Shown here piece by piece: positions 37,148 through 45,645 of a DNA stretch of 64,000 nucleotides. Origin of the DNA: an uncultured delta proteobacterium (GTDB taxonomy: Bacteria > Desulfobacterota > Binatia > Binatales > Binataceae). The notes beneath the pieces are model-generated. The model saw only the letters and a program-made list of their open reading frames with translations. It searched no databases and was not told the origin of the DNA. A program made the translations under genes and the position numbers. The stretch spans positions 211,737 to 275,736 of the forward strand of contig CAVRUK010000005.1 of NCBI GenBank assembly GCA_963724395.1, given 5' to 3'. Position 1 is the stretch's first letter, and the number at the start of each line of letters is the position of its first letter.

Positions 37148-37730
37148 ATGAAGCGAGGGAACCCGAGCGTGAGGCGAACGACATTGTGGGCTGCTGGCGC
37201 GGGAGTTGCCGCGATCATTTGCATGGCTGCGCTGGCGTTCGCCTCCGCGACTGTCGGTAACGCTGCGCCGGCGCTGGAGGTGCCCGAACTGGACGGTCAG
37301 ACATTCAATCTAAGTGCACAACGTGGGAAAGTCGTGATCGTCAACTTCTGGGCGACCTGGTGTCCGCCTTGCCGCGAGGAAATGCCGGCGCTGGACGCTT
37401 TCTACCGGCGCTATCATGGTCAAGGTCTTCGAGCTGATCGGCGTGAGCGCCGACCGCCCGCACGACCGCTCCGATGTGGTCAAAGTCATGCAGTCGTTCA
37501 GCTATCCCGCGGCCATGCTCGATGACGCCAACGTCAACGATTTCGGCCCACCCAACAGCTTGCCAATGACTGTTGTCGTGGACAGTAATGGGGTGGTGCG
37601 TGCGGAGTTTACGCCCGATCAGGCCAAGGTCACGGAGAAGAGCCTATCGGACGCCGTGCTGCCACTGCTGCCGCAGAGTTCTGCGGCGCATGCATCAGCG
37701 AATCCAGGTAGCGCTGACGCCAAGCCTTGA
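37148..37730 (+). CDS. tlpA: TlpA/ResA-like periplasmic thiol-disulfide oxidoreductase, with a single-base frame break near 37430
   Basis: Signal anchor, then GKVVIVNFWATWCPPCREEMPALDAFYRRYHGQGL in one frame. It continues ELIGVSADRPHDRSDVVKVMQSFSYPAAMLDD...LPMTVVVDSNGVVRAEF in the next frame (ORF 37416-37730). Confidence 0.82.
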
Positions 37731-37763
37731 CCCCAGGAGCAGTCCTCGTTGCAACCGCGTCAA

Positions 37764-38153
37764 GTGAAGAAGCTCGCGCTAGTCGCAGTTATCCTGATGG
37801 CTGGATGCGCTGCTTCGAACAGCTGGGACGTCGATTCGGATCCGAAGCTCGCGCAGTTGGAAAAACAGAGACTGTCCCTCGACGCGAGCGAGAAGCGCTG
37901 CATCGATGAAGCGCAGGTCCGTAGCCGTGATAAGATGGCAGGCATGGCATCAGGTCCCGACGCTCCCGTGGAATCGCAGCCGCAGGGGGCAGATGACGAG
38001 CGCGATCGGGAAATTTCGCAATGCCGGGCCTGGGCGGATCAGGAAAACGCGAATATCGCCGAACAGGAGCGCAACGAATATGAGCTTCAAGCACAGCAAG
38101 AGCGCAGTCGCGCCTTGTTCATGGCGGTTATTACGAGTCCCCCGTTGCACTGA
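37764..38153 (+). CDS. Hypothetical coiled-coil lipoprotein
   Basis: VKKLALVAVILMAGC lipobox followed by charged helical sequence with two Cys (EKRCIDEA, EISQCRAW). No family was recognised. Confidence 0.5.
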   Translation: MKKLALVAVILMAGCAASNSWDVDSDPKLAQLEKQRLSLDASEKRCIDEAQVRSRDKMAGMASGPDAPVESQPQGADDERDREISQCRAWADQENANIAEQERNEYELQAQQERSRALFMAVITSPPLH

Positions 38154-38174
38154 AACCTATCCAGAAAAATTGCG

Positions 38175-38771
38175 ATGCAGTCTTCAGCAGAGTCATCGGT
38201 AGTCACCCAGGATCCGGCGTACGTGCCTCAAGCGAGGCGTCTCGCATCGCGGATTCTGCGCGATCTCGGAGTCGTTGTCCTGCTCGCAATCGCATCGCTC
38301 ATGGCTGGACTCACGATCAACCATTTTTCACTCGCTCCGCAGCCCATCCTCTATCAAACGCCGGAGCAGCGGTTCGATGCCGAGTTGACGACTCTGGTCG
38401 CCGCGCCGCCGTTCAAGATCGCGCCCGCGGCAACCATCGGACTCGATAAATTCCGCACAGCCGTCGACAGCAAGCGTGTACTCATCCTTGATGCGCGCCC
38501 GTCGGTGTTCTTCGAAAATGGGCACGTCCCCGGCGCAAGCAACCTCGCGCGGGACAACTTCGCGCAGGATTATCGGCGCCTGACCGGCGTGCTCGAAGCC
38601 AACCGTGACAAGCCGATCATCGTGTATTGCTCCGGCGGCGAATGCCACGACAGCAAGCTCGTCGCGAACGCACTGCTGAGTCTCGGCTTCGGCAATGTCA
38701 GCGTCTTCACTGGTGGATGGGAAGCATGGTCGGCAGCTGGATTGCCGGCATCGAAGGGGCGCGAACCATGA
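38175..38771 (+). CDS. Membrane-anchored rhodanese-domain protein
   Basis: TM segment (LGVVVLLAIASLMAGLTI) followed by VLILDARPSVFFENGHVPGASNL...PIIVYCSGGECHDSKLVANALLSLGFGNVSVFTGGWEAW. Confidence 0.78.
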   Translation: MQSSAESSVVTQDPAYVPQARRLASRILRDLGVVVLLAIASLMAGLTINHFSLAPQPILYQTPEQRFDAELTTLVAAPPFKIAPAATIGLDKFRTAVDSKRVLILDARPSVFFENGHVPGASNLARDNFAQDYRRLTGVLEANRDKPIIVYCSGGECHDSKLVANALLSLGFGNVSVFTGGWEAWSAAGLPASKGREP

Positions 38772-39211
38772 TGCCCCGCAACAATTCGCGTCGCTATGTG
38801 GTGCTCGCAGCCAGCGTAGCCATGGCCGCCATATTCACTTACGCAGGCATCGACAAGATCCGCGACCCGCTGTCGTTCGCCGATAGCGTCGCCGGATTCG
38901 CGATCCTGCCAGCCGTGCTGATCAACCTGCTCGCGATAGGTCTGCCGCCATTTGAGATCGCGAGCGGCCTCATGTTGCTCGGGCCGTGGACCAGGCGGGT
39001 CGGAGCGCTCGCGGTCGCTGTACTCTCGATAATATTTTTCACGGCATTGGCGTCGGCGCTGCTTCGAGGTCTCACGCTCGACTGCGGCTGCTTCGGGACC
39101 GGCGCCCCGTCACGACCAAGAATGTGGCTGGAGCTTGGACTGGACGCGGTGTTGTTCTCAGCTGCGGTCTTCGTCTATCTACGCTCGACTACCCAGATGT
39201 CGCCGGAATAA
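38768..39211 (+). CDS. MauE/DoxX-family membrane protein
   Basis: Four TM helices and the family motif LTLDCGCFG. There is an ATGA overlap with the rhodanese gene. Confidence 0.72.
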   Translation: MMPRNNSRRYVVLAASVAMAAIFTYAGIDKIRDPLSFADSVAGFAILPAVLINLLAIGLPPFEIASGLMLLGPWTRRVGALAVAVLSIIFFTALASALLRGLTLDCGCFGTGAPSRPRMWLELGLDAVLFSAAVFVYLRSTTQMSPE

Positions 39212-39266
39212 TTGCCTATCGGAAATGGTCTTATCGATCGGCCCGATACGGCCGGTATGGATGTTT

Positions 39267-40175
39267 ATGCGGAAGAAAATAATTTTCGCGCTGATGGTGC
39301 TGTTCGCGATGCGCGCGAGCGCGGTGCATGCACACGGCGTTGTTGGCGATTACATATTCCTGGAGCCGCTGGTGACCGACGACGCGACCCCGGCCAACGA
39401 AATGGATATCGTGGAGCCGAACTGGAACCGGAACTCCGGCGGCCGGACTTTCTCGATCGGTTCGTCAATCGAAAAGCTGCTTGGCACCGATAGCGATAAC
39501 TTGCCGCGATTCAGCATCGGCGGCGGCTCGACGTGGATCTCTCAATCGCCAAAGCAGGGACCTGATGTCAGCGGGTTCGACGTCTTGGGACTGTTCGCCA
39601 AGTATGCGTTTCTAATCGTTCCGGAACATGAATTTATATTGTCGGCCAAGGCGGTGCTGGATTTACCCACGGGCAATCCGTCCGTTACGTCCCAGCAGCA
39701 TACGAGCCTTGGCCCGGAATTGATCGGAGCGAAGGCGCTTGGCGACCTGCCCAACACAACGCTGCTGAAGTGGCTGCGGCCGGTCGGATTCCAGTTTGAC
39801 TACGGCTACCTTCCCGCGTTGGGAGGCCATACCAGTCATCACATGTTTGCCGACGGTATGATCGAGTACTCGCTCCCCTACCTGAGCAACAACGTGCAGG
39901 ACATCGGACTGAAGTGGCCGCTGCGCAATATGTTTCTGTTCAACGAATTCAACTATGACCAGTTGATCTCCGGGCCGCCGCATCAGACCTTCCCCACAAT
40001 CCTGGCGACGCCCGGAATCGCATACATCAGCTATCGTTTCGAAGTCAGCGTCGGTACCCAGTTCGCTCTCAACCAGGCGAGCGTGCCCGGCAATCATGCT
40101 GCAATTCTCGGGCTATTGGACATTTTCTACGACTCGATAATTCCGCAGGGCAATTGGAAACTGTTCGGAGAATGA
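39267..40175 (+). CDS. Outer-membrane beta-barrel protein (PF13557 / MetA-pathway transporter-like), second copy
   Basis: Signal peptide MRKKIIFALMVLFAMRASAVHA, with VLDLPTGNPS...LGPELIGAKALG and alternating strand patterns. The region is AT-richer. It overlaps copC by 4 nt. Confidence 0.55.
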   Translation: MRKKIIFALMVLFAMRASAVHAHGVVGDYIFLEPLVTDDATPANEMDIVEPNWNRNSGGRTFSIGSSIEKLLGTDSDNLPRFSIGGGSTWISQSPKQGPDVSGFDVLGLFAKYAFLIVPEHEFILSAKAVLDLPTGNPSVTSQQHTSLGPELIGAKALGDLPNTTLLKWLRPVGFQFDYGYLPALGGHTSHHMFADGMIEYSLPYLSNNVQDIGLKWPLRNMFLFNEFNYDQLISGPPHQTFPTILATPGIAYISYRFEVSVGTQFALNQASVPGNHAAILGLLDIFYDSIIPQGNWKLFGE

Positions 40176-40561
40176 CAACCATGATCGTTCGAAAAGTCTC
40201 GCTGTTGGCCCTCGGGCTACTGGCTATTGAAGTGAGTACGCCGGCGATTACGGCAGCGCATTCGTTCCCGGAACAGGAAACTCCATCGGCGGGACAGAAA
40301 GTCGCTTCGCCTCCTCCCGAAGTTGTGATCAAGTTTGACGCACCGATAGAGAAGCTGTTCGCCAAGCTGGAAGTGACAGGCGCCGACGGTACGAATCAGG
40401 CAGTCGGCGCGCCCCAGGTCAGCGACGACGGGATTCAGCTGTCGGTCAAGCTCGGCACGCTCAAACCCGGCGATTACACGGTCAAGTGGGCGGTCGTGTG
40501 TATCGATACGCATCACACGGAAGGTTCGTATACCTTCTCGGTCGCGAACGGCGGATCGTGA
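40172..40561 (+). CDS. copC: Periplasmic copper-binding protein CopC
   Basis: The signal peptide ends ...PAITAA, so the mature protein starts HSFPEQETPSAGQKVASPPPEVVIKFDAPIE (N-terminal His typical of CopC). It also contains GDYTVKWAVVCIDTHHTEGSYTFSV. Confidence 0.85.
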   Translation: MTTMIVRKVSLLALGLLAIEVSTPAITAAHSFPEQETPSAGQKVASPPPEVVIKFDAPIEKLFAKLEVTGADGTNQAVGAPQVSDDGIQLSVKLGTLKPGDYTVKWAVVCIDTHHTEGSYTFSVANGGS

Positions 40562-41424
40562 TTCCGCAGCCAATATTCGCGTGGCCGTTGGTAGGGTCGC
40601 AAGTGCTGATATTCGGAACGACAGCTTTTGCGCTGATGGCGGCGCCGCGCGACGTCGCCGCGGCCGATCGTTCGAGTCAAAGCCTGGCGAAGCTATGGAG
40701 GATGCTCGCGCTGATCGTTCTGGTGGTGTCGCCGCTGAGACTTTTGTCGGTCGCGGCCGGAATGGCGGACTCGACCTTCAGAGAAGTGCTTCCGATGATG
40801 CCGCAGATAATGCGCGAGACCTTTGCTGGCCGGGTATGGACGTGGCGGCTCGCGACCGCGCTGTTGTTGGCCGGGGTCGCGTGGATTCCCGCGCCCGGAC
40901 GCCTCGCGACGACGCTGATGCTCGTCATCTCGGCGGCTCTGCTCGCATTGCAAAGCGTCACGAGTCATGCGGTGGACAAGGGCGCGTTCGCGATCGCCGT
41001 TCACTTTACGCATCAGGCAGCCGCCGGCTTGTGGATCGGGGCGTTAGTCTCACTGCTGATAGGCGCGACCTACGGACATGCCGGCGCGAACTGGCTGCGG
41101 TCGGCGACCTCGCGAGTATCAAGGATTGCGGGATGGTCCGTCGCGGCGCTGATAGTGACCGGCGTGATCAGAGCATGGGACGCGCTGGGACTGCGACTCG
41201 ATCTGCTGGTGAACTCGATCTACGGGCGGACATTACTGTGGAAAGTCGGCACTGCCGCCACGGTGATTTTAATTGGCGGCTACAACCGCTATCGGCTGGT
41301 AGGGTCGGTCGGAGAGTCGTCAGCGCGCGCGGCTCTTATTCGCAATGTGGCCGTGGAATGCGCTCTGCTGGCTGTCGTGCTTGGATGGTCGGTAGTGCTG
41401 GCCAATACGCCGCCGCCGCATTGA
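40558..41424 (+). CDS. copD: Copper resistance/import membrane protein CopD
   Basis: Eight hydrophobic segments, with SVTSHAV...AVHFTHQAAAGLWIGAL and GGYNRYRL. The GTG start overlaps the copC stop. Confidence 0.8.
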   Translation: MIPQPIFAWPLVGSQVLIFGTTAFALMAAPRDVAAADRSSQSLAKLWRMLALIVLVVSPLRLLSVAAGMADSTFREVLPMMPQIMRETFAGRVWTWRLATALLLAGVAWIPAPGRLATTLMLVISAALLALQSVTSHAVDKGAFAIAVHFTHQAAAGLWIGALVSLLIGATYGHAGANWLRSATSRVSRIAGWSVAALIVTGVIRAWDALGLRLDLLVNSIYGRTLLWKVGTAATVILIGGYNRYRLVGSVGESSARAALIRNVAVECALLAVVLGWSVVLANTPPPH

Positions 41425-41475
41425 GTAACGTGCGTTTACCATGTAACGAATGTACAATTAGCAAGAGATGCACGT

Positions 41476-42081
41476 ATGACTATTCATCGCAACCTCAGAT
41501 CTTTCGCGATTGTGCTAGTCGCAATGTCGAGTTTGTTTGCGGCTGCTGGATGCCATCGCGACTCCGACGGCGCCGCGGCCTCCGCGAGTGTTCTCACTGA
41601 CACCAAGCTGGTCGATCAGAATGGCAACACCGTCGCGCTCACCTCGCTCAAGGGCAAACCGCTGGTGGTCGACTTCATCTATACGTCGTGTCCGGGGCCG
41701 TGTCTGATGGAGACGGCGAAGTTGGCGAACGTCGCGCTGCGACTGGGCAACGACCTCGGTTCGAAAGTGACGATCGTTTCGATCAGCGTCGATCCCGAGC
41801 ATGACGGCCCCAAGCAGTTGCTCGACTACTCGCGTCAGCAGGGAGCGGACGAGAAGGGATGGTATTTTCTGACCGGCGGTCCTGGAGATATCGATCGGGC
41901 GCTGGCGGGCTTCAAGCTCAGCCGGCAAATCGAGCCGGATGGTTCAGTCGGGCACCTCGTGAATATGATGTTGATCGGACCGGACGGGCGCTTGGTGCGC
42001 GAATACAACGGCGAAATTGTCAAAGCGCAGGACATCGTCGATGACGTCAAGAAGACTTTGAACAAGGGCGGTGCGGCATGA
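41476..42081 (+). CDS. SCO1/SenC-family protein (paralog 3, close duplicate of paralog 2)
   Basis: LFAAAGCH lipobox, FIYTSCPGPCLM, DPEHDGPKQLLDYSRQQGADEKGWYFLTGGP and GSVGHLVNMMLIGPDG. It is near-collinear with 36547-37137. Confidence 0.88.
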   Translation: MTIHRNLRSFAIVLVAMSSLFAAAGCHRDSDGAAASASVLTDTKLVDQNGNTVALTSLKGKPLVVDFIYTSCPGPCLMETAKLANVALRLGNDLGSKVTIVSISVDPEHDGPKQLLDYSRQQGADEKGWYFLTGGPGDIDRALAGFKLSRQIEPDGSVGHLVNMMLIGPDGRLVREYNGEIVKAQDIVDDVKKTLNKGGAA

Positions 42082-42548
42082 AACGGGCAATAATTTTCGG
42101 CTCGTCGCTTGCGACAATCCTGGCGCTGGCATATCTGTGGCCACTGATCGGCGGTTCCGCATTCGAAAATGGCAGTGCGCGCGGAGCGATGTGCATCGCG
42201 GGCCATTGCTGCTGCTCGGGACGCGCGGAGGCCGAGACCGTCGCGGCAAACAACGAAAGGACGCAGGGGCGCTTGACGCTCGACCCAAATCAGTTCGTCG
42301 GCCCAGTTAAGGAAGCCTACAAATACGCGGAGAAAAATCCCGCGCTGCTGGCGCAACTGCATTGCTATTGCGGATGCGACAGGGCCGAAGGTCATCAGAA
42401 CCTCCTCGACTGTTATCGCGGTATGCACGCGTCGTCGTGCGAAATCTGCACCGGCGAGGTGCTGATGGCGAAGCGAATGGCAGAGCAAGGCTCGCCGGTC
42501 GATCAGATCCGCGACGCGATCCGCAGGAATTTCGCGCAGGACAATTGA
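42078..42548 (+). CDS. PCYCGC-motif (PF13798-like) Cys-rich protein
   Basis: N-terminal TM, MCIAGHCCCSG, then LAQLHCYCGCDRAEGHQNLLDCYRGMHASSCEICTGEVLMA. There is a 4-nt overlap with the preceding SCO gene. Confidence 0.7.
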   Translation: MKRAIIFGSSLATILALAYLWPLIGGSAFENGSARGAMCIAGHCCCSGRAEAETVAANNERTQGRLTLDPNQFVGPVKEAYKYAEKNPALLAQLHCYCGCDRAEGHQNLLDCYRGMHASSCEICTGEVLMAKRMAEQGSPVDQIRDAIRRNFAQDN

Positions 42549-42603
42549 ATCGCACGGGCGGGGCTATTTGCGGCGTCGGGTTTTTCAATCACAATCGGCG
42601 TCG

Positions 42604-43806
42604 ATGCCGTTGAATGCCGAAGCGCCGCCTCCCGTTGCTAAACGCCTGAAAGAGACCGCCCACAAGGGCCGCATCATGATCGTCGCCGGTGAGGCGTCGG
42701 GCGATCTTCATGGCGGCGACTTGGCGCGGGAGATTCTCGCGCGCGATCCATCGTGCGACCTGTTCGGAATTGCTGGCGAGAAAATGCGCGCGGCCGGAGT
42801 GCGCGCGCTCGTCAACACCGAGGACATCCACGGGCTCGGACTTTCGGAGCTGGCTTCGACCATTGGCCGCACGCTTGGCGCGTTTCGCGCGCTGCGCCGG
42901 ATCATCCGTCGCGAGAAGCCGGACCTTGTGATCCTGATTGACTACGCCGAGTTCAACCTGATTCTCTCCGGCACCGCCCGGCGCGCGGGCGTGCCGGTGC
43001 TCTACTACATCACGCCGCAAGTGTGGGCATGGCGGCGCGGCCGCATCGACAAGCTCGTCGATCGCGCCGATCGCCTCGCTGTAGTGCTGCCCTTCGAGGC
43101 CGAACTGTTCCACCGCGCGGGCGAGCGCGTTTCATTCGTCGGTCATCCGCTGCTCGATCGGATCGCCACGCTGCAGAGCCGGGACGAAACGCTGAGGCGC
43201 CATGGATTCCCGCCGCGCGCCCGAATCATCTCGATCCTGCCCGGCAGCCGCCGCGCCGAAGTTCGCTACCTGCTCGATCCGATGGTCAAGGCTGCGCGGA
43301 TTGTCGCGCGCGATCACAATCTTGAAATAGCGCTCGCGCTTGCGCCGACGCTGACGCGCCCCGAGCTAATCGAGGTTGGACGCGCGGACCTCGCGGGAAT
43401 CAAAATTGTCGAGGGCGACACCTATAACATCGTCGCGGCGAGCGAACTCGCGCTGGTCGCGTCGGGCACCGCCACGCTGGAGACCGCGCTGCTCGGATGC
43501 CCCGAGGTAATCGCTTACAAAGTGTCTCCCCTTACCTATATTCTAGGGCGGATGCTCGTAACGGGAGTGGATTTCATCGGGATGCCGAATATTCTGGCGG
43601 GCCGCCAGATCGTGCCGGAACTGATCCAGCGCGACGTGACCGTCGCGAAGCTTGTGCGAGCCGCCGAACCTCTGCTGAGCGACACGATCCGCGCGGACAC
43701 TGTGACAGCGCTGAAAGCGTTGCGCGCGAAGCTCGGGACGCCGGGCGCAGCGGGCCGCGTCGCGACGATCGCGCTCGAGATGATCGCATCGAGGCCGCCG
43801 GCGTGA
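42604..43806 (+). CDS. lpxB: Lipid-A-disaccharide synthase LpxB
   Basis: IMIVAGEASGDLHGGDLAREI, VILIDYAEFNL, YYITPQVWAWRRGR, SGTATLETALLGCP and MPNILAG. The start is uncertain (42604 ATG, or a later Met). Confidence 0.9.
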   Translation: MPLNAEAPPPVAKRLKETAHKGRIMIVAGEASGDLHGGDLAREILARDPSCDLFGIAGEKMRAAGVRALVNTEDIHGLGLSELASTIGRTLGAFRALRRIIRREKPDLVILIDYAEFNLILSGTARRAGVPVLYYITPQVWAWRRGRIDKLVDRADRLAVVLPFEAELFHRAGERVSFVGHPLLDRIATLQSRDETLRRHGFPPRARIISILPGSRRAEVRYLLDPMVKAARIVARDHNLEIALALAPTLTRPELIEVGRADLAGIKIVEGDTYNIVAASELALVASGTATLETALLGCPEVIAYKVSPLTYILGRMLVTGVDFIGMPNILAGRQIVPELIQRDVTVAKLVRAAEPLLSDTIRADTVTALKALRAKLGTPGAAGRVATIALEMIASRPPA

Positions 43807-45596
43807 AGCTGCTGACCCCATTGCAATGGCGCCTATACGGCTACCTGCGCCGGTACATGTTTCCGTATGTGCTGTTGCTGGGCATCGCGATGGCCGTGTT
43901 GTCGGCAGCCAGCGCCGGAATCCCTTTCATCATGAAGTTCGTCGTCGATCTCGTGACCAATCTGAAAGTCGGTCATCAGCTCGACGCGCACAGCGCCCTG
44001 AAGCTGCGCGAATACTCGCTGTTGCTCGCGGGATTATTTCTGCTCCGCGCGCTCGCGAATTTTTCCGACGATTACTTGAGCGCCTACATCGCTCAGAAGC
44101 TGACGCTGGATATCCGCGCCGACCTCAACGAAAGCCTGCAACGTCAATCGCTCGGGTTTTTCAATCGCACTCCCACCGGCGTGATGGTCTCGCGAATCAT
44201 CAACGACGTCGGCGTGGTTGTGACGAGCCTCAGCGGCGGCGTGTTCTCGATCTTCGGCGACGGCATGTCGCTGATCGCGCTGCTGGTGACGGCCTTCGCG
44301 CTCGACTGGCAGCTCGCGATCGTCGCCTTCATCGGTTTTCCGATCATCGTCCTGCCGATCGCCAGCCTTTCCAAGAAAGTTCGCCGCGAAACCAAGAATC
44401 AGCAAAAGCAGTTGAGCGGGTTGCAGTCGCTGCTGCATGAAACTTTCCAGGGCAATCGCGTCGTCAAGGCTTTCGGCATGGAAGACTACGAGCGCGCACG
44501 CTTCAATCGCGAGCTCAAGCGGCTGTTTCGAATTTTCATGCGCGTCGCGCGGATCAAGGCGTTCACCGGACCGGTGATCGAGGCGATGGGAGCGATTGCC
44601 GTCGTCGCCGTCGTCTGGTGGGCGGTGGGTTCGCTGCAGGCCGGCACGCGCACGCTCGGACAATTCGCCGCATTCTTCACCACCATGATTCTCGTCTACC
44701 GGCCGTTCAAAGCGCTCGGCAAGACCAACAACAGCATTCAGCAGGGGCTGGCCGCGGCCGAGCGCGTCTTTGAGATGATGGACCAGCCGAGCGAGGTTCC
44801 CGACGATCCCAACGGAATCGAGCTGCGGCCCGGCCCGCACCGGGTCGCGTTCGAAAATGTCAGCTTCCGCTACGGCGACGAATGGGTGCTGCACGATATC
44901 AACCTCGAGATCGGCGTTGGCCAGGTCGTGGCGCTGGTCGGGATGAGCGGCGGCGGCAAATCCACGATGGCGGATTTGATTCCGCGCTTTTATGACGTGC
45001 AGCAAGGCCGCGTCACGGTTGACGGTATCGACGTGCGCAAGCTGCGGATCGCTTCGCTGCGCTCCGAAATCGGCCTGGTCACCCAGAACACGTTTCTGTT
45101 CGACGACACGATTCGCGCCAATATCGCGTACGGCAGCAGCGACAAGAAACTCAAGCGCGTGATCGCCGCCGCCAAGCTCGCCAACGCTCACGAATTCATC
45201 TCGCGGCTGCCCAACGGTTACGAGACGATGGTCGGCGAGCTGGGCGTGCGCATCTCGGGCGGGGAGCGCCAGCGAATCGCGATCGCGCGCGCGCTGCTCA
45301 AGGACGCGCCGATTCTGATCCTCGACGAGGCAACCTCGTCGCTCGATTCGGCCGCCGAGCGCTCAGTGCAGGAGGCGCTCGAGCATCTGATGGCGAACCG
45401 CACGACGCTGGTCATAGCGCATCGGCTGTCCACGGTCCGTCGCGCGGACCGTATCGTCGTGGTCGTTCACGGCCGCATCGTCGAAGACGGCACCCACGAC
45501 GAATTGTTCGCGCGCGGTCAGGAGTACCGAAAGCTCTACGACCTGCAATTCATGTCGCCCGAAGATCTGGCCGGCAACGCCGGTCTCGTCAACTGA
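43803..45596 (+). CDS. msbA: Lipid A export ABC transporter (flippase) MsbA
   Basis: Six-TM domain followed by Walker A (GMSGGGKST), the signature ISGGERQRIAIARA and Walker B (ILILDEATSSLD). The GTG start overlaps the lpxB stop. The upstream part of ORF 43497-45596 is read-through over lpxB. Confidence 0.9.
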   Translation: MKLLTPLQWRLYGYLRRYMFPYVLLLGIAMAVLSAASAGIPFIMKFVVDLVTNLKVGHQLDAHSALKLREYSLLLAGLFLLRALANFSDDYLSAYIAQKLTLDIRADLNESLQRQSLGFFNRTPTGVMVSRIINDVGVVVTSLSGGVFSIFGDGMSLIALLVTAFALDWQLAIVAFIGFPIIVLPIASLSKKVRRETKNQQKQLSGLQSLLHETFQGNRVVKAFGMEDYERARFNRELKRLFRIFMRVARIKAFTGPVIEAMGAIAVVAVVWWAVGSLQAGTRTLGQFAAFFTTMILVYRPFKALGKTNNSIQQGLAAAERVFEMMDQPSEVPDDPNGIELRPGPHRVAFENVSFRYGDEWVLHDINLEIGVGQVVALVGMSGGGKSTMADLIPRFYDVQQGRVTVDGIDVRKLRIASLRSEIGLVTQNTFLFDDTIRANIAYGSSDKKLKRVIAAAKLANAHEFISRLPNGYETMVGELGVRISGGERQRIAIARALLKDAPILILDEATSSLDSAAERSVQEALEHLMANRTTLVIAHRLSTVRRADRIVVVVHGRIVEDGTHDELFARGQEYRKLYDLQFMSPEDLAGNAGLVN

Positions 45597-45645
45597 GATT
45601 TGCCGATCGTAAATTCGACTCGTCGATGTGCTGGATGATGATCGC

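Noticed and set aside
40581-41600. 339-aa + strand ORF overlapping copD in another frame
   Set aside because: It is Arg/Gly/Asp-rich with no hydrophobic segments. The copD frame shows eight TM helices and family motifs.
33924-42603. Direct repeats, tRNA or integrase at the borders of the copper island
   Set aside because: I inspected both junctions (33924-33957 and 42549-42603) and found no shared repeat, tRNA gene or recombinase. The island status therefore rests on synteny interruption and composition only.
44034-45191. 385-aa minus-strand ORF inside msbA (similarly 28282-29394 in bamA, 47703-48758 in waaA, 59233-60234 in the heptosyltransferase gene, 21444-22469 in lpxL, 23527-24492 in gspD, 31249-32529 over lpxA/lpxI)
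   Set aside because: All are antisense to genes with strong family signatures. They have Arg/Gly/Asp/His-rich low-information sequences with no motifs.
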